DNA of 64,000 nt, the filler included, from Catajapyx aquilonaris (lineage: Eukaryota): NCBI GenBank assembly GCA_000934665.2. It is 4 parts of 4 records of this genome, joined end to end, with 100 filler letters (N's around TTAATTAATTAA, not from the genome) between each part and the next. Parts side by side here need not be neighbours in the genome. Positions count along the whole stretch, not along the records: positions 16,309 to 32,427 come from JYFJ02007304.1; positions 32,528 to 48,588 come from JYFJ02007305.1; 2 more parts are not named here. The stretch is one strand, 5' to 3'. The notes under the pieces were generated by a model. It ran no database searches. It worked only from the letters and a program-made list of their open reading frames with translations, and was not told where the DNA came from. Every line of letters starts with the position of its first letter. Position 1 is the stretch's first letter. A program made the position numbers and the translations under genes. Below, piece after piece: positions 25,348-36,200 of this stretch.

Positions 25348-25906
25348 CTACTATACTATGGACAAGATAACTCATTCGTTTTGGGAGGTGGCTTGTGTCC
25401 TTGCCAACCAAAATAATTCACCCCGCCCCCTACCAGTCGACCAATCAGGGTTCGATTTCAAAGGATATGGCGTTATGCTGTTCTAAAACTTCAAGAATGA
25501 GATGAGTTTGTTTACATGAACGCAATTTATAACCCAGAAGAGGGGAAATATTTCCTTACCAATCGTTCTAAATTCCCTCAGGAAGCATATACTACACGAA
25601 GTATAATATTATGCTCCCTGATTTCATACCAAAAAAACTCAGCAGGGGGCGGGGCTAATTATGGTTGCCAAGGACACAAAACGGCCCAAAACTTGTCCCT
25701 ATAGAGACCATTGCAGTAGGATGAGCATTCACTGATCCTTTTCCTTATCCAAAGGTAAGATCGACTACGGCTGTTCGAAAGCAACAGGCTTATTGTGCAA
25801 CGCCGGTAACACCCAGAAGACCTCACCCTTCGTCATCGGCCAGTTCCTCCTCCTGTCTGTTTGGATGGCTCTCCATGGCTTATTCACAATGTTCATAAGG
25901 AATTAA
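24900..25906 (+). pseudogene. Disabled Ly6/uPAR (three-finger) GPI-anchored protein gene, 3 exons
   Basis: Hydrophobic exon (LIIFLDLLVFLVLVMMAMP) ending G|GTGAGC at 24962. Exon 25033-25150: ATGLKCNQYTS, frameshift, PESGNLFCPDNEECSLYCYKSTKKGEGK, donor G|GTAAGC. Exon from 25705: ETIAVG*AFTDPF, frameshift, KGKIDYGCSKATGLLCNAGNTQKTSPFVIGQFLLLSVWMALHGLFTMFIRN*. LKC start, CN end and hydrophobic tail fit Ly6; no in-frame ATG found ahead of the hydrophobic stretch. Confidence 0.6.
25308..25347. repeat. (CAA)n microsatellite in the pseudogene intron
   Basis: Direct reading. Confidence 0.9.
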
Positions 25907-27038
25907 AAAGCTTTCATTGGTCTTTCACTTGATAACAGGACATCTGTATGTGCATACCCATCAGGTGGGTTGGCATTATACAGCATTATTACTTGTACAT
26001 TATTGGCAGTTATACATTATTGCTTTCATAGGATAATGTTCCTAAGACGTGTCTAAGTCACATCCCACACCAAACCACCATCTCGGGTGTTCCTTGCTTT
26101 AGTAGGAGAGATCCAGTGATGATTTTCCTGCGACCAGTACGGCATGTTTGGTTTATTTACCTCGTCAGTCACAAAAAAAATTAGCTTCATCACATGCTGA
26201 ACAAAGCACAATCTTTGAAAAAAAAAGAGTTTGTTTTATTATCCATGCACGCCAAAAACCAATGGCACATTTCCATTCGACGGTCAGGATCATTCTCTTT
26301 TAGCTTCTGTACTCTGCGAGGGCGAATGAACTGTTATTCACAAATTTTTAAATGACGAAGCTGCACTATACAGTAACTCAAACTAACATATTATACACAC
26401 GTGACAAGGCAAGTATTTTTCTAATATTATACCTAAGGTACGTAGCGTGGTCACCATGCACATTGATGCACTTATGCCACTGTGGCCCTAGTTTTTCCAT
26501 GCCACTGCGCAAGGAAGCCAGTGGCCTCTTACACTACCGCGTTGTTGCAGAAGTGTTGACCGGCCAGGTGTTTATTCATTGACAGTTCGAAACTCCGAAG
26601 AGATGGTATAATCAAAGTGGTAAACAAGGGAGTAAGGTGTATGGAAGAAGCACCTGGCCTGTTAACACTTCTGCAACAACTTGAGAAGTGAAAAATTATT
26701 ATGTTGTGAATGGGATTTGATCCTTCAATCTCTGGGTCAACATGCTTCTTGCCAGAATTTCCTCTACCTCCAAGTACTTTCACTAAGTTGCATGTAATGG
26801 CATTTTATTTACCAAGCAGTACCTTAAAATAAAATGTCTGTATGTACTCCTGTTAGTTTGTGTTGAGTTAATGTCTTGACAATCAGAAAAATATGTGGCT
26901 GAAAAATGTTTGTGATGTGTGACAAAATTCCGTTGACCTGAACTTGCAGAAAATTTAAAAAAAAAAATGTATGCAGAAGATGTAGGATTGCAGAAAACAC
27001 TGTATATTTTAATAACGGCAGAAGGAATGGCAAATACA

Positions 27039-28894
27039 CTATAGAGAAAGCGAATACTCCTTGCAGAGACGATCAAATTCAGCCTCCTTTTGCTGGTAAG
27101 ATTTCACGAAAGGATGCGAGGCATGTGTGTCCTTCAGTTGGACCAAGTAGCGGTTGGCCACCTGAAATGAATTAGGCAAGTGTTGATTAACAATATTTCT
27201 GAAATGTTTCTCCAGCTTACTTCCGGAGCCTTCCCGGTGTGCTGGGAGAGGACAATCAGGTTGATAATGGTGTCTGGATTGTTGGAATCCCTGTCCAATG
27301 CTTCCTGCAGAGCAGCTTCAGCCTCCTCGTACTTGCCCTGGCCCAAGAAGGACCCTGCCTGGCAATTCAGGAGCAACACGGACGTCCCGTGCTTCTCAAT
27401 CATCTCTTGGAAGATGTAATACGCTTCTTGGTATTTCTCGCCTCCCTGCAACAAGCGCACAGTGTACACGTTGGCACTATTTACACCCAGGGTATGCTTA
27501 CCATAGCCATGCAGACCCATCCTTGCGCAAGCTGCGTGAGGGTTGCATCCTCGTCCTTCTCTTGCATGGCCTTGACCTCCTTTCGAGCCAAGTCGACCCT
27601 GTCCATCAGCAAGTAAATTTCGACTGACATGGCAGCACACTCCAGGTGTTCAGAAAGGTGCAGAACACGCAGAGCAGACTCGTAGTTCTCCTCCCCCATG
27701 TAGATGCTGGCAGCCACCACAGTCGCCACCCAATTGTTCACATCCATCCCGTGGGTCAACTGCTGGTCCAGCTGCGACACAATCTGCGACCTGCAAGTGC
27801 ACGGCATGTAATTTCAAACCGCGACAACATCGACCATTGTAAACTCACTGCTTGGACGGAGAGGACAGATACTCCGCCATCAACCGCAAGCTCTTCAGCT
27901 CGGCAGGGGCTGACTCCCGTATCTCATCCAGCACGACCGAATATTTCTTCTGCACCAAGAAGGATCGGTACAAGAACACATCTCGCTCCGTCCTCAATTC
28001 CTGGGTGCTGGGCTGTAAATAATAACAACATTCACGATAACTAATATTATTACAAAAATAACAACATTCATAAGTAATATTATTACAAAAATAACAACAT
28101 TCATAACTAATATTATTACAAAAATAACAATTTTCACGATAACTAATATTATGACAAAATAGCTATTTTCACGATAACATTACAAAAATAACCATTCTCA
28201 CGATAACATTACAAAAAATAACTATTTTCGTGATAACTAATACTATGCAAAATCACTAATATTGTATGCAATTACTAATTTTCTCATGATAGCAAATATT
28301 TTCACAACATAATGCAAATATTTTCATGCCTACAAAATACACTACCGGAATGCAAAATAGCGAATATTATGCACAAAATGACTGAAATATTTTTCATTAT
28401 AATGAATATTTTCACAATAATACCATTCACGATAACCAATATTAATTTTCATGGTAACGAATATTTTCCCCCAATAACTAATGTTCTCGTGTAAGCTAAT
28501 ATATTCGAACACTCATTCGCGATAAGAAATATTAATTTTCGTGGGAAATAATATTTCCCCCATAACTAATATTTTCACACTATCTAATGTTATTAATGAT
28601 GCCTGCCTTTCTAATGTTAATAATGGTTATTATTCCTGATTACTAATGACAACTAATATCAATATTAAGAGCCAGTATTTCTCTCAATATGGATTGGATA
28701 CTGGTCCATTTCCGGCAATTTTTTTTTTACAGATGTGGAGGATTTAATGAATGTTAAAAAGTGTGTGGTGACCTCCGGGCAACACTGACCTTGACCTTCT
28801 GGGCCTCGTTGATGGCCTGCTGGTAGTTCCCTACGTAAAAGGCAGTCTTGACGTCGAAGAGTTGGTCCGTCTCTCCCTCTGGGTTGGGCGCCAT
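27039..28894 (-). CDS. COPE: Coatomer subunit epsilon (epsilon-COP), 5 exons, 301 aa
   Basis: Exons 28894-28790, 28012-27849, 27790-27502, 27445-27221, 27161-27039 (906 nt, all GT-AG, in frame). Motifs [96 protein letters not shown]. Confidence 0.96.
28019..28260. repeat. AT-rich ~30-35-bp minisatellite in COPE intron 1, decaying toward ~28600
   Basis: Repeats of ATAACAACATTCACGATAACTAATATTATTACAAAA starting a few nt from the splice acceptor. Confidence 0.85.
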
Positions 28895-29621
28895 CTTTGC
28901 TGACAACTCACAGCTGGTGCCAACCATACATACAGCACCGAATCTCCGACGTTAATTAATCTATAAAGCAGGACACTCATTACCGGTATGTAAAACGCGG
29001 AATAATTAGGGATAAATAGTTGGTTCGATTTAATTCGAATGGGTCGTTCTATTTGACGTGTTGGCACTCCTGATTGCAAGATGGCGGCGCCCAGTGCGTG
29101 ACGATTGGAGTTGCAGTTTTGCGATTTCCAGGCACATTTCCAGCGGATTTCCAGCGCAATTTCCTTCCAGAAGCATCGTAGCATGTACTGCATCGTAATA
29201 AGTATTTGTTAACATGTACTGTGCATGCCAAACGCACTGTTGACCTTACGCAATTACCAGCTGACGTTGCACTCACTTTAAATAATAATTGTTCTCATGT
29301 AGTTTATAGCACCAGTACGGAACTAAGCACAACCTGTATTAGACCACAGCATGTCGCTTTAGAGTAATTAGTGCCAGTACAGTTGAAAGCAGACCTCTTT
29401 TTCCACACAGGTCCGCATCTGAAAAAACACCTCTGCTGGAAACTGTACCAACCGTATGTAGCAAGTAACATGCATTTGCATGAATAAACGTACATTCTCA
29501 CAAGTGCGGCTCTCGTGAGAACAACAATTACCTTCACTTGTACACAGTAGTTGTAGTCGATTTATGCCGGAACAAAAATTCAAAATGAAGTCCACATTTC
29601 CTCTTGTAGACCGATGCCAAT
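28895..29621. promoter_or_regulatory. Putative bidirectional promoter and 5' UTRs of COPE and STX18
   Basis: 727 nt between divergent ATGs; YY1/Pho-like CAAGATGGCGGCG at 29077-29089 and AAGATGGCG over the COPE start; candidate 5' UTR intron acceptor TTCCTCTTGTAG ending at 29609. Confidence 0.6.
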
Positions 29622-30690
29622 ATGGATGTGACGCCTCTGTTCCGAGCGTGCGTCAAGACCATTCGGACTCGCAACAAAGCCCTGGGTGTAATCAATGCGG
29701 ACGGAAGCACCGCAGATCAGCCCAAGAATGCGCCACGACCCAGCAGCATCATGCCTGGAAGGCGGTCAGAGTTTGGCACCAGGGCGAAGGAAGTGCTGCG
29801 GAACATATCCCGATTGCGAGACTTCCTCCTGGAGCATCGCAGGGCGTACCTCAACACAGTCGCGCATCTATCGGACATGCCCCGCATGACGGACGGCGAG
29901 CGGGACCAGATAGACGTGGGCGCACAGAAGATAATGAAGACATGCCACCAGCTTATAAACGATCTGAAGCAAGTCGCAAGGTCAAGCGACGCCAACTCGC
30001 AGGTACGCATCAGTTGCTAGGTAATGCTTGTAAACAACTGTTCCATACGCACTGTTGCTGCTTTTAAATTTATTTGTATCATGCAGAACAGATTTTATAT
30101 GTGATTTTGTCCATTTCCTGCAGAGCCAGGAGCATCAGGAGGAAGCGCTGGAGCTGGTCGAGTCGTACTTGAAGAGCGTGTGCCAGGTGTACTCGCAGCA
30201 GCGTGCGATACGAGTGAAGCGATCAGTCGATCACCAGAAGATGACCCGTCTGGACACAGCCTTGCCGCAAACCCAGTCTCTGTCCAACTCGCCTGTCCGT
30301 AAGAAGTCCACAACGCTCCTGCACGACGAGGATGAAGCGGGCGGAGATGGCGACGATGCCCTAACTCCAGAGGAGCTCCAGATGCTGGAGACGGAGAACC
30401 GACAGCTGTACAGCGAGCTCAACAGCCTTGCGGAGGAGGTGAAGCAGATAGAGAGCAAGGTGGTGAAGATCGCCCAGCTGCAGGAGGTGTTCACAGAGAA
30501 AGTGCTGCAGCAGGAGAAGGACGTAGAGAAGATCAGCACCGTTGTGATGGGTACGACCGAGAACATCAGGCTTGGGAACGATCAGGTCCGCCAGGCGATT
30601 CAGCACAACGCAAGCTTCAGACTCTGGATCATATTCTTCCTGGCCGTCATGTCCTTCTCGTTGCTCTTCCTCGACTGGTACAACGACTAA
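29622..30690 (+). CDS. STX18: Syntaxin-18 (ER Qa-SNARE), 2 coding exons, 315 aa
   Basis: Exons 29622-30002 and 30124-30690 (phase-0 GT-AG intron). N-terminal MDVTPLFRACVKTIRTRNKALG, LRDFLLEHRRAYL, MTDGERDQID; SNARE coil EEVKQIESKVVKIAQLQEVFTEKVLQQE; C-terminal TM ending LLFLDWYND; AATAAA at 30748. Confidence 0.96.
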
Positions 30691-32427
30691 GACGTAAACC
30701 ATGGACTAAATTAGCTGTGCGGAATCAAGCCGACATGTACATTTGTGAATAAACTGCGCTTGTTACGAGCAACTATGGTGGCTGAAATGTCAGTTATTAC
30801 GTCACGTCGAACTGAACGTGGACTATTATTGGTGCTTGCACATGACTTTGTTCAAGTAATTTGCAAAGAAAGGTGATTTTGGTGCTTCCTATAAAATAGT
30901 GGTGCAAATAATTATTTCGCCCCTGGATTACTTTGAGGACAAGTTTAAACCCGCATTTACACGTGAGCGATTTGATCAGAAATGTGAGACTTAAACTGAA
31001 ACAATTGTATGATTTTAATAACTGGACAAAAAATTGCCCCATTATTATTAATTCCATACATAAATTCCACAACATTAATTACATTCAGTGCCCAGCGATG
31101 AAATGGATGGCTTGGGAGCGAAATGCAATTGTCACTTTTGCCCCAAACAGTCGCTCACATGTAACCACTGCCTAACAGTCAGATTTGGCATGTAGCAACA
31201 ATGTAGGAGTCTCGCATCGAACAAATAAAACTATGATGCTCAATGTTACCGGGCGTGAATCAACAATCATTTTAAATGCAATACACAGAACATGTAATTT
31301 TTTTATTTGCAGGTACAACACCTAAAAAAAAAAGTTTTACAAAAAAAAAAGAAAGAAAGAAACAGGCTAGTGGATTTTCTGGAATGGCGAGCATCCCATG
31401 ATTTTCATTGATATAAACCACGTTTAAACGTCTCCAAATAATTCCGCATTTTGGGGACTATTGATAAAATCTGAGTCTGACACGACGGTGATTATGGCAA
31501 TGTCGCCACATTAGTGTTGGTGACTGTCGCCTTACGTAATTATTATTCATACTACTCAATTAAATGTGCAGTTATAAAGGATATGTCAACTGTCAATCAC
31601 AGATTCCCCAGCATAATATTGCAATCATGAATCGCACAACATTTGCACTCATAAATTATATCTTCATAGTGACAACTTTATCTAGAAGTCCTGATCATTG
31701 TAGAGCGCACTGAAGATCATAATTATGACAGATTTTTAAAAAAATACAGAGGCTGCGGATAGGAGGGACGTGCTTTTTTAAAAAAAGAGTTCGGGTTGAG
31801 AAGGGGGGAGGGGATGTACTGTACACTGGCCTGGAAGTGACCTTCAAGTGTTCAAGGAAATCCTGATAATACTACTGAAATGGGGACGAGGAGGGGGGGA
31901 TATGTAAATTTACAATTGCAATAACTGACAAAAAAAGGTGCATATATTTCGTTGATCCAGAACCTAGCTGTGAAAATATTTATTTTCACGTGGAAATTTT
32001 GAGCAGGATTTTGGAAAACACAATGTTAGAGGACATATTATTAGCCTACTATTTTTCATGAGTATAATATAGAGTACGCTAAGCGGGACCTAGGAAGTGT
32101 GGTTGAACTTATTTCACTTCTCGGGTCATTGCCAGCTAGTATATGCCACCCACGCAAATTGAAACTCCGCTCTCAAGAGTTCTGAGAATATTCAAGGAAG
32201 GTGGAATCCTGCAATGGTTGCTTATGGGAAATCAACATTTTGAAATCCAAATTATTAAACAAACACACATACAGCAATTTTTTTTGGAGAATATTCAAAG
32301 AGACTATTAGCCCAGGCATATTAGGTTTTTACCCTAAAAAAAATAATGTAAAGCTGAAAATATGCACAGACGTTCTATGGTATGTGGTGAACAACATATC
32401 AAAAGTCCCCTAATCTCCCGTGTGCGC

Positions 32428-32527
32428 NNNNNNNNNNNNNNNNNNNNNNNNNNNNNNNNNNNNNNNNNNNNTTAATTAATTAANNNNNNNNNNNNNNNNN
32501 NNNNNNNNNNNNNNNNNNNNNNNNNNN
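32428..32527. other. Artificial contig-joining spacer
   Basis: 44 N + TTAATTAATTAA + 44 N. Confidence 0.95.
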
Positions 32528-32623
32528 TCTGCACGAAAGAAGGTGGGAACCCCGGGTGGGGATTGAACCCGGGACCTTAACTTCCGTGGGCGCACGCGTT
32601 ACCGCGGCGCCACTCCGTCTCCC
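32528..32623 (-). mobile_element. SINE head cut by the contig end
   Basis: Nearly identical to 2109-2204. Confidence 0.85.
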
Positions 32624-33049
32624 TATGCCAAACTGAATTTGCAGAATTGCAACTCTCGCCAAACATCCAAAGCAGATTTCAGAATCGGCGAGAAAAACCT
32701 AAGTTACATATTGCACAGGCAATATAAACAACCATCACTTAACAATGATGCCAGTTGACAGCGAAACCAGTCCTTTGACATCTTGTATACCCGTCAAACG
32801 GGATGAGATTGTGCCACTTTTTGAGGGTTTTCGTGAGAACAAACCAGAGTAATTGATATATTGGAACGAATATGTCTATACAACATGCACATCTCACCTT
32901 TCAGGTCATAAGTGAAAATAATTTTTATACGCTAAGGGAGGGAAGATATAAATTCTTTTCCGCGCACAATTTCACCCCGTCGAGTGGGGTGAGAATGTAG
33001 GCTACGGCATATTTAAATTCTTAAAATGAATAGGAAACGTTTTCTGATA

Positions 33050-33211
33050 GACAGTTTCATTAATCAGCATGCAGTAGTGTGCATTATAAGCATATGAAAG
33101 CAGAAAACGTGTGTTTTTGTTGCAAAAGTGGCGATTTGGCTATAACAGACCTCGGTTATAACAGACTGTTTTCCGCGGTCCCCTGAAGTCTGTTATATCC
33201 GGATTCAACTG
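33050..33211 (-). mobile_element. Fragment of the pogo/Tigger-like family found at 39329
   Basis: Ends TTCCGCGGTCCCCTGAAGTCTGTTATATCCGGATTCAACTG|TA, reverse complement of the left end of the 39329 element. Confidence 0.7.
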
Positions 33212-36200
33212 TACTGTATATTCGACTGAAAATGATTTAAACAATATTGGCAAATCACGTGAGCGTGATTAGAGTAGACGTTTTCTCATTATTTCAAGTA
33301 TGAAACTTTATGGGTAATTTTCCCCTAAAAAGTAACATATCGCATCGGTCACAGGTGGGAATCGATATATCGATATATCATAATATAGACATCGTATCGA
33401 TTCGGCGGGCAACTCTGGCGCGAAGAGTTGTAGTTACTGCCATCTACTAACTTATACAGTAGCCTACCGGAAATTAGATAAATATGATGAATATTCTGTG
33501 TTTCTTCCATGTTGGACTACCCGGTATATTTACAGATTCGGTTACAGAAAGTGTCTTTGCTCAATAATATCAATAACGATTAACTTTCACAATATATAGA
33601 CTACTTACAAGTTAGATACACGTGTGGATGTAAACCTATTTACTTTGCAACTTTCGTCTCCATGGCATGTTATGCACTTAAATTGGGCTTGTAACTTCAT
33701 TCAAAGTGTAATCATGGCGAAGTTTGTACTGCGTAATATAATGCGTTGTATATTATTCTCAGGCTAATAATGCAGGAGTTGTATAGGCTACTGTTAAACC
33801 TGATTCATACTACTGTATTTTATTGGCTGCAGCATTATAGCATGCATTCTACAGTACGGTAGGCATATAGAGTAGATGAAGCAATAGGCTTACATGATTT
33901 GTCTAACTCACCACATTAAAATTACAAATACTGCATGTCAAATGTGACATTTCATGACATCTCCTTTAGAATAAGGCATCGTCACTATAATTTACTACTG
34001 ATATACCGTACCATATACATTATAGGCGCACGCCAAAATACTTGTGCAACAAGTTTCTAGATATTCGTGTTCTTTCTGTTCAGTGACACTCAAGCGGCTG
34101 GAAATTCCCACAACGTATAGCTTTTTGAGCTTTGAATGGGACCTTTCGCATTATAATCTAACTTGGAGAGACCCAGATTTTATTACCGGTAATATAATGT
34201 TTTCCTTAAAATCAATGCAGTGTTCAGGTAATGTGGAGGTTTGGTAGAAAAAAACTCACTGATGTGGTCTGCCATCCACCCATATGAATATGAGTAATGT
34301 TATTATCTTTACAGAGGAAGTACTTTTACACAACAACACTGTACAATGCCATTGATGATCTAACTTACTTAGTGTTTAGCCGCCTTGACCACTGTACTTA
34401 CCTTGTTAGTTCAGTTTAAAAATTTGGTATTCACTAATTCCAAGCAATAACACTACTGTGACTATTTCTAAATCGAGTTTTTGATAGCATAGACATACCT
34501 GGCGAAATCCTGGGCGTACAAAATGCATCACATTTCCCCTAATTACGGAAATGTGCAAAAAAAAAACAAAGCACTCCGGTAAGGACGTGGTGGGAAATAC
34601 CGTGCACAATTCCATAATGTTTATGCAATTCTGCCAAAGCATATGAGTGACCTTTTTTGCTGGCACGCCTACTGCATGAACTAAAAGGTTCCAAATTAAG
34701 CCATTTTGAAAAAGTAAAGCCCCTACCTCATATGTCGTGAGAGTTCCGAGCAAAATGCATAATGAAGGCGGTGGTGGGCAACTTGTCATAGCGCCCCATG
34801 CCTTGGAAACGTGGTCGTCAAAGCAAGACATGGGTATATATAGTTAGTGGCTGGTTACAACAGATGGCGACCTAGAAGGATTGCCCTGGAGAAACCTGTG
34901 ACCCATAGAGCCGAGTAACGATCCTGCAGAGCCTAATCCAGCTCTACCTACGACATAGATATATTGCTCTCCCGCCTACTACCTCCCGAGATGCGCTATT
35001 TCAAAAAAAGAGGAGGGGGGTTACACTTTATCTGGGATCTAGCATGATAAAAGGGTTCTGGGTAAAAAGTTTCTGGAGCGCAAATTTTTTTAAGCCTACG
35101 CAAAAGTTTGGCTTTTATACAACATGTTTTATTTCCAGGAGAAAGAGTGCGGGCTTGGAGCTCAAAGCAAGATGATTAATGCAATGCCTGAAAAGATTGC
35201 TTTGGATAAGAACAATTATACTGTTTTTCAACGGATCTTCGACTCGGTCTCCAAAGCAGGGGGATGAAGTACTATAATTATTATTCTAGAAACTGCCGAT
35301 GGCTAAACTGTCTCGTAATTAAAGACTCCATAATCTGGCGACGTTACTGCATATAAATTGGAAAGTCACTTTTGAAAAAATACTGTGGTACTATACAGTT
35401 AGGGGCTTCTCAAAGCAATCTGCTTTAAAAGTTAAGATGATTACTTTGCGATAAGGAAAGTATGTTCCACTTTTTATTTGTGCTTCTAGCTAAACTTCGT
35501 AATGATCAGTTCATATTATTATCAGTCACGTAATTTAAAGTATGGGCAAATATTGGATCAAAGAAAGCCAGTAAATTGCAATTTCGACGCACAAAGTTGG
35601 AAACCCTCATTAGTCGCACAATAACATTATTGTCCATAATTACTATTTGAAAATTTGACAAAGTTTGGCGCGGTTTAGGCTATCGGGTCCCTGAATGTCC
35701 TGATGTAGTGTCGGCCACTTTTATAGGCCTATACCCTGCCTATACCTCTGGTTTCAGATTCAATGCACGTATTCGCACGTATTATAATAATTATAATCCA
35801 TCATGTATGCCCTATGAATAAATGTGTCATTCTTCCATCCTTCCACACATGTGTCACTTGATACGTGTTGGCGTGTCTTTGCACAGAAAGGAATGAGGAT
35901 ATGCACAGTGTGTCATATCAAATGGCTCACAGTTCTGCGTCATCTGACACAAAACGCGTTGATGGGATTGCCTGACACTTTTTTGTCTGTCATATGACAT
36001 CAAGTTCTGTGTCGAAAGTGTGTTGCCGTGATGTATGTAACTGTACGTACTAAACACTACTCAGCAGCAGAGAGCTCCGTAAGGTTGATTATGGGTTGGT
36101 GTTGCGTTTTTCTTTTTATAATATTGTATTATCAAAGTATAATTATTTGATTTTGCTTCAATAGTCAGCAAATTGTAAGCGACTGCTATGAAAAGTGTCA

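Noticed and set aside
25722..25724. In-frame TGA at an expected Cys position, read as selenocysteine
   Set aside because: The same gene has two frameshifts and another lost Cys, and I could not identify a SECIS; a nonsense mutation is simpler.
27180..30702. Antisense and alternate-frame ORFs over COPE and STX18
   Set aside because: Shadows of GC-rich coding exons with no recognisable motifs.
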